From Octopus vulgaris (lineage: Eukaryota): a stretch of 64,000 nucleotides of DNA. Numbering within the stretch: position 1 is the stretch's first letter; each line of letters opens with the position of its first letter. Positions 1 through 12,000 of the stretch are shown in pieces. The notes under the pieces were generated by a model. That model was not told the origin of the DNA and searched no databases. It was given only the letters and a program-made list of their open reading frames with translations. The translations under genes and the position numbers were made by a program. The stretch spans positions 97,712,001 to 97,776,000 of the forward strand of contig OX597821.1 of the NCBI GenBank assembly GCA_951406725.2, in the 5' to 3' direction.

Positions 1-90
1 TATATATATATATATACCTTCTATCCTGACAAACTTTCCTTATCTTATCACCATTGTAGCACGTTTTGCGTGTCCAACCTCTATCTTGAA

Positions 91-99
91 TTATTATCA

Positions 100-166
<67 letters not shown>

Positions 167-205
167 CATTATTATTATTATCATTATTATTATTATTATT
201 ATTAT

Positions 206-241
<36 letters not shown>

Positions 242-270
242 CAGTAGTGGTGGTGGTGGTGGTGGTGGTG
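91..270. repeat. Compound trinucleotide microsatellite (TTA)n(GTA)n(GTG)n
   Basis: Read directly. Confidence 0.95.
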
Positions 271-718
271 AGAGCAGCACACTGCCATCAAAGTGACAAT
301 ATATCCATCATGGCTACATGCCTGACAAGGGTACACCAGGCATATGCACCACAATCATATCTGCACAACTTAATAACCTCATATCAAGGTGATGAACAAA
401 ACACCCATGTTTCCAGAGGTGAACTAATCAAACACCAAATAATTCCTCTCAACACATGGCTATGATGCTCCCCCACTACTCCTGTTCATTTGACTGAGGA
501 AGGCAGACTAGTCAAAACCTTAAAGTGACTATCAACCTTTTCCTTTTAAAACTTAATAAATATGTAATCTAGCAAAAAATTTTGAGTATCCAGCAGCTTA
601 ATGCTAAATTGTTTTTCTATATGAGTAGATGTAAAAACAAATTATTTGTGTGTGTGCGTATGTGTGCACACGCACACACACACATACATATATACGGGGC
701 GGGGTGTATATATATATA

Positions 719-945
719 CTTTATTTAAAGCAGCAGAAAATTCAACAAAACCTGTTACTCTGAGTTTCCCGTTGCCGTTAATCGGACAGTTTTAGCAAAA
801 ACTGTCCGATGAACGACAACGGGAAACTCAGAGTAACAGGTTTTGTTGAATTTTCTGCTGCTTTAAATAAAGCATATTACTCTACCACTGGTATTTGAGT
901 ACTCTTTTTTCCACCTTGTTTCACATTTATGTGTTTACTCCGGTA
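719..945. mobile_element. Fold-back element (about 75-bp arms, 719-872), probably a Penelope-like terminal-repeat remnant, between (TA)n tracts
   Basis: ctttatttaaagcagcagaaaattcaacaaaacctgttactctgagtttcccgtt... is followed by its near-perfect reverse complement and contains a hammerhead-like motif. Confidence 0.65.
802..839 (+). ncRNA. Putative minimal type-I hammerhead ribozyme (family 1)
   Basis: CTGT-CCGATGA-A-CG ACAA CG-G-GAAA-CTCAGA-GTA-ACAG: stem I CTGT/ACAG, stem III ACT/AGT, GUA cleavage triplet, core with U4C. Confidence 0.5.
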
Positions 946-1259
946 TATATATATATATATATATATATACGTATACTGCTTGTATGATCTACATATGTAT
1001 AATGTATGTATTTCTATATATATATATATACACATCTGAATTTACGAACAAGAGGAAGTGCTCAATTCCAAAGTAGAATATTACTATTTGTTATAGTACT
1101 GATATCATTCTGGCTTTGTACTCTGCAGAGTTCCAGTAGAAAATAATCTCATTACAATGTTTGTGTGTGTGTGTGTACTTTGGTTCCATCAATACTGATA
1201 ATTAAACTTTACGACAACGGTGACTTTGTTTCTACAAATTTTATTAATTCTTTTTTTAG

Positions 1260-1455
1260 ATGCTTTTCATGTGGTCACCATTTAACCCCCAAAAACTGTT
1301 GGTCAAACCAGTTTGATCCTGAAGACAAAGAAATCTATTGCATTTCTCACTATCCTAGAGTTGGAGCAGCCCATGTCACTAAAGAGGCTGTTGGTATAAG
1401 ACAAGCCATCGCTGCTCAGAATGACATCAAAGTTCTCACTGGAACCTCTGATCAG
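1260..1455 (+). CDS. Hil: Hillarin/LTD-1-like gene, first visible coding exon (second half of LIM domain)
   Basis: Acceptor ttttttag at 1258-59 and donor CAG|gtaat. Encodes (R)CFSCGHHLTPKNCWSNQFDPEDKEIYCISHYP, a CxxC...CxxH second LIM zinc finger. The phase-2 start implies an upstream exon outside the window. Confidence 0.85.
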
Positions 1456-1644
1456 GTAATATATCATAGTTTTGGTTATTGTGTTATTGTTTGGGAAAAA
1501 AAGTCTATAACTGGAATTGCATATGTGTGTGTGTGTGGGGGGTGAGTGCATGCATGTACGTGTGCCCTCATGTAGTGCATGGTTCAGGGGTTAAGAAATT
1601 TGCTTGGCAACCACTTGGTTTCACGTTCAATCTCTTTGGACAAG

Positions 1645-1880
1645 TATGTGCTGGCAGACTCGTTAGCACACTGGGCGAAATGCTTAGCGATATTTCGTCT
1701 GTCATTACGTTCTGAGTTCAAATTCCGCCGAGGTTGACTTTGCCTTTCATCCTTTCGGGGTCGATAAATAAAGTACTAGTATCGCACTGGGGGGGGGTGT
1801 TCATGTAATCGACTTAATCCCTTTGTCTGTCCTTGTTTGTCCCCTCTATGTTTAGCCCCTTGTGGGCAATAAAGAAATAT
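1645..1880 (+). mobile_element. tRNA-derived SINE family B (about 230 bp)
   Basis: GCTGGCAGA..CGTTAG A box, GAGTTCAAATTCC B box, core GCCTTTCATCCTTTCGGGGTCGATAAAT, tail GTTTAGCCCCTTGTGGG...AAAGAAATA. Confidence 0.85.
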
Positions 1881-2162
1881 ATATTCTACTACAACTCAGA
1901 ACTGGTCCAAATTTTGTGAGTGAATTTGGTGTATGGAAACTGAAAGAAGCTTGTTACACATGCACACACACGCACACATGTGTGTGTTTGTATCTTGAAA
2001 TTACATAATAGTTGTAAACAAGGGTCACCATTATGCAAATGATGTAGTTTGAATGAAAACTTCTTAAGTACAGCCATGCCCGTGTGATTTCTCTGTGAAT
2101 TTCTCTCATTCTATCTCAATTAATGTTTACCTTTCTCTTTCTCTCTCTTCATGCATATCAAG

Positions 2163-2378
2163 GTTCGTCTACCTAAGGATACAGATGCCCCTCTTCTGGA
2201 CAACGAAGCTGTACACATCAAGCATGCTCTCAGCAAGAAAAATAAACAGAGGAATTCTGACAAACATAAAGCCAATATAGATGGCAATGCCCTTCACATT
2301 AAAGGGGCTGTTGAGGCCCAACAGCTTCAAAGACGATACAATCGAAAGCAGGATAAACATCATTACCCACCATATATT
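2163..2378 (+). CDS. Hil: Hillarin-like gene, exon 2 (short-repeat region)
   Basis: Pyrimidine tract plus aag| acceptor, donor ATT|gtaagt, phase 0/0. VRLPKDTDAPLLDNEAVHIKHALS...DKHHYPPYI. Confidence 0.8.
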
Positions 2379-2407
2379 GTAAGTAGCTTCCTGTTTCTTA
2401 TTTGATT

Positions 2408-2820
2408 TACTCTCTTTACTCTTTTACTTGTTTCAGTCATTTGACTGCGGCCATTCTGGAGCACCGCCTTTAGTCGAGCAAATCGACCCCGGGACTTATT
2501 CTTTGTAAGCCTAGTACTTATTCTATCGGTCGCTTTTGCCGAACCGCTAAGTGACGGGGACGTAAACACACCAGCATCGGTTGTCAAGCAATGCTAGAGG
2601 GACAAACACAGACACACAAACATATACACACACATACATATATATACACATATATACGACAGGCTTCTTTCAGTTTCCGTCTACCAAATCCACTGATAAG
2701 GCTTTGGTCGGCCCGAGGCTATAGCAGAAGATACTTGCCCAAGGTGCCACGCAGTGGGACTGAACCCGGAACCATGTGGTTGGTTAGCAAGCTACTTACC
2801 ACACAGCCACTCCTGCGCCT
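2408..2820 (-). mobile_element. tRNA-derived SINE family A (about 410 bp)
   Basis: A box TGGCTGTGTGG, B box GGTTCAGTCC, CORE-like YCTTGGGCAAGT, internal (TA)/(TG) microsatellite and (GTAAAAGA)n tail. Confidence 0.9.
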
Positions 2821-3329
2821 ATTTGTTATGATTTTGCATATTTTGCCTCTTTTTAAACCTGAATTACAGAATCTCATTGTTTCCTTGTAAGCTTACAAGA
2901 AATACATTTATGCTGGATATAGCTGAACTATTTCTGCTAAGTCATTTTGGCAAAATATCCCACTTGAGTTGTTGTTGTTTTTTAAAGAAATACTTAGCTT
3001 AAGTGTAAGCCATCCTACATAGCTTTCAAAGTACCAAGAGGTGTTTGACTAGGTCTTTCACTCTGTGACCTGATAATTGCTAAGCTTTGTTATATTGTGT
3101 GAAGTTCATACAAGCTTTATGCAGGGGCTCTGTCAATAAACTGAAAGTCAGCCGCAAGTATATTATCAAATTTAGCATGCTAGCAGGGGCTCAGTTCTCA
3201 GTTGACTTCTGTTTAACATACACCACCAGACCATAACTAAACGAGTCTTAGACTGGGTATCTAAAATAGAAATTCCTGTATACCAATAGGAATTCCTATA
3301 TGCTAATGACCTAATTCTTATTCTGAATC

Positions 3330-3875
3330 TTTTATAGAATTAGGGAAGAAATTCTGCATATAGAAGCAATATCTAGAGTTGAGAGGCTTCAAAATAAATT
3401 TTGCAAAGATTAAAGTATTAAGTTAGAAAGAAAACAGGACCCCGCTATCCTCAAAGAAATGATGTTGCTTGATACTCAGAAAAGGAGTAGGTAGAAATAC
3501 CAAACTGTATACTCAGTGTAAACTATGGACATTTTAGAGATACAGTGAAATCACAGACAGGCTAATGGAGGAAGCAGATGTTTTTATTGTAGGTACTCTG
3601 GAATAATAAACACTAAATGCACATGGGAAATAGGTGCTCTCAAATGCCTAAAAGGTCTCCTAGAAGCAGTCTATAGCTTCTGTTACTTAAATGACTTAAT
3701 TAACAGTGTAGGCGGATGTTCTGAAAGTATAGTAATCAGTGTAAGAATGGGTTGGAAAAAGTTCAGAGAGCTATTTACCTTAGCCGATAACAAAGGGTTT
3801 CTATATCAAAAGAGAAAGTAGATTTTTAAATGATTGTGTACAAACTACATTGCTGCATGGTAGTGAGATATAAGT
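3330..3875 (+). mobile_element. Old RTE fragment covering the RT end and PHD region
   Basis: ctagagttgagaggcttcaaaataaattttgcaaag (LE.RG.K.N.AK), agaaaaggagtaggtagaaatacc...cagtgtaaactatggaca (RKGVGRN..QCKLWT), ggttggaaaaagttcagagagcta (WKKFREL). Confidence 0.7.
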
Positions 3876-4282
3876 TCTTCACAAAACCCAACACCAACAA
3901 TTAAGTACTGCTCAAATCTATGAGTCAACGTTGTTTCAGTTTAACACCACCATCTAACCAGCATGTGCTTTTAAAAGAGTCTGCCCTGTTGTAAGTATTC
4001 AAACCAAATCTCTTCAGTTTGAGAATAAATTGATATCTTCATATGCTTGCTGCTCCATACTACAGTAACCTATAAGCTATAGTTCCTGCTTCCCTTTCCA
4101 CCACCAGTCTTGGCATCCCTGCAAACAGATCATGGAGGCTACCTTTCTTTCTCTGACTAAACAGTAAAATAAAAGTTGAAAAATTAAATAATCCAAAAGA
4201 AGATGAACATCAATACATTATATTTATTGTATCCTGCCTCTCATATCACTTCATGCACCTTCTTACTGACTCACCACCTATT

Positions 4283-4512
4283 TCTTTATTACCCACAAGG
4301 GGCTAAACACAGAGAGGACAAACAAGGACAGACATAGGTATTAATTCGATTACATCGACCCCAGTGTGTAACTGGTACTTATTTAATCGACCCCAAAAGG
4401 ATGAAAGGCAAAGTCGACCTCAGCGGAATTTGAACTCAGAACGTAACGGTAGACAAAATACTGCTAAGCATTTTGCCCAACGTGCTAACGATTCTGCCAG
4501 CTCGCCGCCTTA
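4283..4512 (-). mobile_element. SINE family B
   Basis: Reverse match flanked by the direct repeat cttactgactcaccacctat (4262-81 and 4509-28). Confidence 0.85.
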
Positions 4513-5122
4513 CTGACTCACCACCTATCATCCTCTTGTCATCCTTGCTGTGAGAATTTCACCCCTCAAAACTAGCACTAAACACTTTGTTCAATTATTC
4601 CTTCCCAGATCTTCTATATCTCTCTCTCACCACTTACATTAACCTATTTCATCTACATTGCCCTATAATCAGAGATGATAGGGTGTGATTTGACAGAGAT
4701 TTAGCTACTATCTCTAGGTCGAGCAATTGCTTAAATACTTACTCGCTGGCATGTGAGTGCACTGGGAGATAGTTACGGTGCCAGCTATATCAATCTTATT
4801 CCAGTCTGAGAGGGTCCTTCAAAGGTCAGCGGGTATTGCCTTCTTTATCCAGCAAAATAATAATGACATTTCTCTTCATATTCTAGTTTAAAAAAAAAAA
4901 AACTTGCATTCAACAAATAAGGCAGCTAATTGTAGTTAAAAGAAGACGCTAGACATAGAATTAACAGCTTATTGTCAGGAATGTAAACTTAAAGGAATCC
5001 AAACACCCAATCTTTGGTGTTATAACAATTCTAATTACTATACTGTGTCCAGTAAATCCAACATAAACCGTATAAATATATGGTAAAATTTAAAACTCAA
5101 GATCCCTTCACAATTTCCTCCC

Positions 5123-5234
5123 CTTCTTCTTCTTCTTCTTCTTCTTCTTCTTCTTCTTCTTCTTCTTCTTCTTCTTCTTCTTCTTCTTCTTCTTCTTCTT
5201 CTTCTTCTCCCCCTCCTCCTCCTCCTCCTTCTTC
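5123..5234. repeat. (TTC)n / (CCT)n microsatellite
   Basis: Read directly. Confidence 0.95.
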
Positions 5235-5309
5235 ATTTTAGGGCCATGTTTTATTTTCTTTCCAATGTCTCCCCATTTGTTGTGATCCTTCATCATCTCC
5301 TTCATGAAC

Positions 5310-5570
5310 TTCAGCTACCTTAAATCAGCCTCCACCACTTCTTCCCATGTTTTCCTCCAACTTTTTACTACAGGTTCCTTCCACTTGGATCACTAAGCAA
5401 TTCTCTACCCAACAGTTATCTTTCATATCCATCTCATGTCCATACCAGTATAATATCTTCTCTTACACTACAGCTGATTGGATCACTTAGGTAGCAAAAG
5501 CTATCCACCACTTCTAGAGAGTCTTGCAAACATTTGAATGAATTTATTAATTGGGTACTTTCACCGCTAA
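5310..5570 (-). mobile_element. Old RTE C-terminal fragment
   Basis: Track ORF segment SLEVVDSFCYLSD and downstream RKTWEEVV-like sequence. Confidence 0.55.
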
Positions 5571-8034
5571 CTGCTCTTGTTAGTTGTAGTTCTGGAGTAT
5601 GAGTTGCATACAGTTTGTCTTGATTCTTCTTCATTCCCATGTACTTTACCTGTACCCTTTTCACACATCAGAATAATCATTGTGATGTTGCCCAACTTGC
5701 CGGTGCATATGCAGAAATACAATGTTGATATCATATTGTCTATAACAAGTCTAAACTTAATTACACAGTTACATACCCTGACAACCTCATTATTTCACCT
5801 ATCCGTTTCCCTGTTAACAATATGTCTACTCCATGTACTCCAGTTGTTACATACTCAAAAGAATTTGTACCTGTGTTCCTTGCCCATGAGGAGTCTGACT
5901 GAGGTTCCCTTCCATCATACCTCTTGTATACAGCATACATCTACTTGCCTCTGTTGCAACACCTCAAGTATCTCTCTGGACATAACTTTCATCATACCAA
6001 TGCTGATGGTGACAACTCTGAATTTGTGTACCTAACTAAAAGGAGAGAGATTCCTGTGGATGGTCTCCTTGATGTCCATTTTCTATATCTGAGATGAAGA
6101 GGGTAGGTCCAATTGTTTGATCACAATTTAGAAGTTACACATGGTCAGCTATATGTAGCCACAAATGCAGTGAAAATGGAAAAGCTATATACCATTAGAA
6201 GGGCTGTATGCTACTAGAGAAGGTGTTGTAGGATTGAAGTGTCTCTACAGCCAGGGCTGGCATTAGGAAGTGGGGGACCCAATTAGAGAATTGACTGTGG
6301 GGCCCCACTACTCTTCAAAAGCTGAAGATTGATGTGTTGTGCTTTCTGTAGTACACCAGTCCCAGCCAAAAAGCATTGAGTGCTTGAGGCTCCACCATTA
6401 GCTGCAATGATATACTAAAAACATTGTAGCATCCTTTGCTGTAGTTGGCAAAGTTTCTAACTTCTCCAAATAATTTTGAACATCATTATTGGTTTTGTTC
6501 AGCCTGCACAACTTCCTTTATGGGTTGCTTTCACTATGGCTGAGAATCCCCTTCTCAGTGTTATGAGAGTTGGGTAGAGAGTTTTTAATTAATAGAGGTA
6601 GCCAGGGCGACAACTAAGGCCACTGAGACACTGAAGCAAAACATGTTCTTCCAACACTTTGGATCCTGTTGAAATGCAAGATATTAGTCAACAACAGGTG
6701 GCAAGTAGAGGAATCAAACCCAAAACCACATTTGCAAGAGATACAAAATAAATTTAAACTTTTCAGATGAAATCTTTTGTGATATTTACTCTGTAACAAG
6801 TTACCAGTATCCACTAAATGTTACAAATGCAGTGAACTAGTGATTAGCCATTTATAAACCTGTGATATGAAATCCTATTTACTAAATTTTACTCAGAAGG
6901 CATTGATCAAGCCAAGTCAATGGCAGGACCCACCCAAGATGCCATGCAATAGAATTGAAACCAAAACAAAAGGGTTGTGATGTGAATTTCTTAACCACAG
7001 CCATATTGGCAACTCTTCCTCCTCCACCTCCCCTTCCCCACCTCATCCACCCCTCCCCATCCCCTCCTCCACCACCTCCTCCTCCTCATCATCATCATCA
7101 TCAACGTCATTTAACATCCATATTCCAAGCTAGCATGTGTTGGAGGGTTTGACAGAATCTAACAGGCTCACTTGTTTACATTGGCTTGGTTTCTATGACT
7201 GGAGGGGCCCTTTCTAATTCCAGCCACTTTACAGCATGTACAGTGCTTTTTTGCATGCCACCGGCACTACTGAAGTTTGTGAGACTAACAACCCCAAGAG
7301 AGACAGCTTTATACTGGGAGGTGAGTGGTCAAGGTGTTAGAGAAGGGGCCAGAGCAGAACAGGTTTCTTGCTATAGAGAGGCTATGTGGCTACTCACATT
7401 TTAGAAGAAATGTGGGGCTGATTGGGGTAGAATAGAGAAGAGATGAAATAGTGGTGATGTAGTGTCTATGTTGACCCTCAGAGTACAAGGTGAGTAAAAG
7501 TGAGAGAGGTGGGAGAAGAAATGGGAATGTGGGTAGGTAGATGTTGCAAGGGTGTACGGGAGAGTAAGAGATGGGAAGTGGGTGAGGGGATGAATATGAT
7601 GAGTGAAGAACAAGTATTGAATGGATAAGTATGGGTGGTAGGGAAAAGTAGGTAACACCTGTTGAGATTGGCCACGGTTGAGGGCTGAATGTAAGGAATG
7701 ATGGAGAAAGAGTAGCAAGGTGAATATGATGTATGAGACAATTACCAATGAAGAGAGGCACAAAAAAATTCAGTGACCAAAGTTTAAATCTTTTTTGTTT
7801 TCATCTTTTAATCAAGAGAGAAAACAACGCCTATAACCCATTATAGAACCTTTGAGATTGCTGGGAGGGAAGGTGAGAAGTCAGTATCCTCAAGCCAGAA
7901 ATATTTGTGACAGAGTGGGGTCCTGTATTTGTGTCCAAGTTGCTAGGTTGTGGTGATAAACTAGGTGGCAAGTTAAATCTTCTACACATGTAGGCTATGG
8001 TAAGATTTGAACTCAGAACACTAACATAGACTGT

Positions 8035-8382
8035 GTGGCAGTCCCTCTGTGTGGCATCTTGGGCAAGTGTCTTCTGCTATAGCCTCGGGCTGACCAAAGC
8101 CTTGTGAGTGGATTTGGTAGACGGAAACTGAAAGAAGCCTGTCGTATATATGTATATATATGTGTGTGTATGTGTTTGTGTGTCTGTGTTTGTCCCCCCT
8201 AGCATTGCTTGACAACTGATGCTGGTGTGTTTACGTCCCTGTCACTTAGCGGTTCGGCAAAAGAGACCGATAGAATAAGTACTGGGCTTACAAGGAATAA
8301 GTCCCGGGGTCGATTTGCTCGACTAAAGGCGGTGCTCCAGCATGGCCACAGTCAAATGACTGAAACAAGTAGAAGAGAATAG
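8035..8382 (+). mobile_element. SINE family A, 5'-damaged
   Basis: Body and tail match the other copies. Confidence 0.85.
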
Positions 8383-9185
8383 AACAAATACTGCAAGGCA
8401 TCCAGGTCTGACATTCTTAACAGTTCAGTTCTTCAACAATTGTCCTTAAGAGGGCAGTGATGCTGCTATTTCTAACGGGTCAAATCAGTCACTTAAGAGC
8501 TCATTGACCAGCTTGGGAAAGTATCCAATGTCCTAGTTCAGAGGAGTTGGGGAAGAGGGGGGTCAACACAGACCATCATTTGTTTCTTTGGACTCCATAA
8601 ATTGTTGTTACTTTTGTTGTTATTTCTACTCCAATCACTTATTTTGCCAGTTGTAATCTATTTAACTTAAAGGTAAAAAGCACACATTCGTAGTATGGCA
8701 TGTGTGTTAGCTAGCACAACGTTGCTGGTGGAGAAGGTGGTTTAGTTAGGTAGGTAGGTAGGTAGGTAGGTGGTTGGTCTGAAAGAAGAGTATGTGTGGG
8801 GGGGGTAGGTGGGATAGGTGGGGTATGGGGATTGGCTCAAGCATCTATTACTGTCAACATTGAGTGACAAGAAAACAGAAAATCCTTCACATACTTCACC
8901 ATTAAAAAGTATTTGACATTTAAGTGCACTTTGGAGGAATTATACAATGGAGTCCCTGTGTGAATGTGTGTATATGTGAGTATGTATCTGTGTGTGTGTG
9001 AGTGTGTGCATATGTTTGTATATCAGTTTGTGAGTGTGCATACATGTGTGTGTGTGTGTAAATGAGTTGGTTGTTGCTTGGTTGGATGGTTGGTTTGGTC
9101 CATATGAATGTGTTGTATATTTACTGTGTGTATATACCTGTAATATGTATACATGTATTTATGTGTGTACATATATATGTGTATG

Positions 9186-9239
<54 letters not shown>

Positions 9240-9258
9240 CACACACACACACTCTGTT

Positions 9259-9290
<32 letters not shown>

Positions 9291-9531
9291 AAGTAAGTGG
9301 ACAAATGAAAGAAATTGGTACTCTTCACATTTGGTAGCATTTACTTGTATTCTAAATAACAGTTTGTCTTGACATCATCTGATACTTGTGAACGACTGTC
9401 TACATATCCACACAATTTCCATCTACCAAATTCACACACAAGCCATTAGTTGGTCTGGAAGTTATAGTCCAGGACACTTACCCAAAGTGCTGCACAGTGG
9501 GACTCAACTTGAAATGATGTGGTTGCAAAGT

Positions 9532-9940
9532 AGGCGCAGGAGTGGCTGTGTGGTAAGTAGCTTGCTAACCAACCACATGGTTCCGGGTTCAGTCCCACTG
9601 CGTGGCATCTTGGGCAAGTGTCTTATGCTATAGCCCCGGCCGACCAATGCCTTGTGAGTGGATTTGGTAGACGGAAACTGAAAGAAGCCTGTCGTATATA
9701 TGTATATATATATGTGTGTGTGTATGTGTTTGTGTGTCTGTGGCTGTCCCCCTAGCATTGCTGGAGTGTTTATGCTGGAGTGTTTATGTCCCCGTCACTT
9801 AGCGGTTCAGCAAAAGAGACCGATAGAATAAATACTGGGCTTACAAAGAATAAGTACCGGGGTCGATTTGCTTGACTAAAGGCCGTGCTCCAGCATGGCC
9901 GCAGTCAAATGACTGAAACAAGTAAAAGAGTAAAAGAGTA
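9532..9940 (+). mobile_element. SINE family A
   Basis: Full-length match. Confidence 0.9.
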
Positions 9941-10204
9941 CAGTAAGCTTCTTAATCACACAGCCATGCCTTGTGCAATAAAATGTAAGGCATCCATCCA
10001 CGGGCACAGATCAGACTTGATTTTCTGAGAACTATGTCTGAAGAGGTCATGTGAGCTCTGAGTACATTATTAATAATAGTAAACTGCAAGACAACACCAT
10101 ATACAGAACCCAAAATCTTTGATTGGAGAGTTATTACCTCAGGAAGGCAATATTGAGTAGATGCATAAAAAGAAGTATGTAAAAATATATGGGTCTTAGA
10201 GAGC

Positions 10205-10745
10205 CGTTACATTCTGATTTCAAATTCCGCCGAGGTCGACTTTGCCTTTCATCCTTTCGGGGTCGATAAGTTAAGTACCAGTTACACACTGGGGTTGATG
10301 TAATCGACTTAATCCGTTCGTCTGTCCTTGTTTGTCCTCTCTGTGTTTAGCCCCTTGTGGGTAGTAAAGAAATAGGTATTTCGTCTGTCATTACGTTCTG
10401 AGTTCAAATTCTGCCGAGGTCGACTTTGCCTTTCATCCTTTCGGGGTCGATAAATTAAGTACCAGTTACACACTGGGGTTGATGTAATCGACTTAATCCG
10501 TGTGTCTGTCCTTGTTTGTCCTCTCTATGTTTTAGCCCCTTGTGGGTAGTAAAGAAATAGGTAGTGTGGCATTGACAGTGTCAGGTTGACAGTGTTGGTA
10601 GTAGTGGTCGACTTTGCCGTTCATCCTTTCAGGGTCGATTAAATAAGTACCAGTTACGCACTGGGGTCGATATAATCGGCTTAATCCGTTTGTCTGTCCT
10701 TTTTTGTCCCCTCTATGTTTAGCCCCTTGTGGGCAATAAAGAAAA
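10205..10745 (+). mobile_element. Three tandem 5'-truncated SINE-B units
   Basis: Core repeated at about 10235, 10419 and 10607. Confidence 0.85.
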
Positions 10746-11173
10746 AAGTGTTGGTAGTAGTGATGATTTTGGTTGGTTTAAAATTGAATACGGGAGTAAT
10801 TGACCATGTTGAGTTAAGAGTTTTGTGACAGCATTTTGGTGAAGAGAGAAAGAGAGTGGGGAGAGAGAGTGAGAGATGGTGGTGTAAAAAGTAGGAATTC
10901 ATGGATGTGCGGTTAAGTGCATGATGGGAGACATAGTTTTGGTATTGGATTTGGAAGGATTAGCAAAGCAATGACTGCTAAGCTGCAGAGAGAATCAGAA
11001 AATGTTTCATCTTGAATATGATGGTGATGGTGGTGTTTGTGGCAGTGGTGGCAGGGGTAGTGGAGCTGACAGTCAATCTTCCAATCAAATCCGGGAAACA
11101 GTTTCCTTGGTTTTTCAAATTGCTTATATTATAAAGCTAATTGGCCACAACCTCTCTAATAAATGTCGGAGTG

Positions 11174-11495
11174 ATGGTGTGTGGCCTAGTGGTTAGGGTA
11201 TTTGGCTCACAATCATGCAGTCATGAGTTCAATTCCTGGTGGTACATTGTGTCCTTGAGCAAGGCACTTTATTTCACATTGCTCCAGTCCATTCAGCTGC
11301 CAAAAATTAGTAGTACCTGTAATTCAAACGGACAGCCTTGTCACATCCTGTGTCACTGAATCTCTCTGAGAACTATGTTAAGGGTACGCATGTCTGTGGA
11401 GTACTCAGCCACTTGTGAGTTAATTTCACAAGCAGGCTGTTCTGTTAATTGGATCAACCAGAACCCTCGTTATCATGGCCAATGGAGTGCTAGTA
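11174..11495 (+). mobile_element. tRNA-derived SINE, third family
   Basis: TGGCCTAGTGGTTAGG A box, GAGTTCAATTCC B box, then GTGTCCTTGAGCAAGGCACTT core. Confidence 0.7.
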
Positions 11496-11960
11496 ATGAA
11501 ATGTCAGTGACTAAGTAGTATTTGAACTTAGATACCAGATACAAGAACAGATACTACAAAGCATCCCATCTGATGCTCTAACAATTCCACCAGTTCACCA
11601 CTTTGGACTGGTACTCACTTTTCATCAACTCCCAAAAAGATGGAAGACAAAGTTGAACTCAGTGGGATTTGAACTCACAGTGCAGAGCATCAGAGCATCA
11701 GAATAAACATCACAAGGCATTCTATCCAACACTAGTAAATGAGAGAAAGACCAAAACCAAGAGTAATAAAAAAAAAAATCTTCAGTAGGCAGTAACATAG
11801 TAGTGTGGTAAGAAGTTTGCTTCCTAATCACATGGTTCTGGGTTCAGTCCCACTGTGTGGCACCTTAGGCAAGTGTCTTCCGCTATAGCCTCAGACTGAC
11901 CAAAGCCTTGAGAGTGGATGTGCTAAGCAGAAACTGAACTGAAAAAAGCCCATTATATGT

Positions 11961-12000
<40 letters not shown>

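Noticed and set aside
70-465. 131-aa poly-Leu/Val ORF resembling a membrane protein
   Set aside because: Translation of a trinucleotide microsatellite.
500-535. CTGAGGAAGGC...GTCAAAAC hammerhead-like string
   Set aside because: It lacks the GAAA core and I could not build a convincing stem I. It may be a decayed relic but is unsupported.
2363-2890. Recurrent ORFs MTTDAGVFTSPSLSGSAK... and MLGGQTQTHK... that look like a multigene family
   Set aside because: Incidental frames in SINE family A copies.
7390-7763. Overlapping ORFs of about 120 aa on the - strand (similar at 18235-18573)
   Set aside because: Purine-rich low-complexity sequence with no recognisable motifs or splice context.
9532-9605. 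tRNA gene candidates (A and B boxes)
   Set aside because: These are SINE heads continuing into SINE bodies, with no complete cloverleaf.
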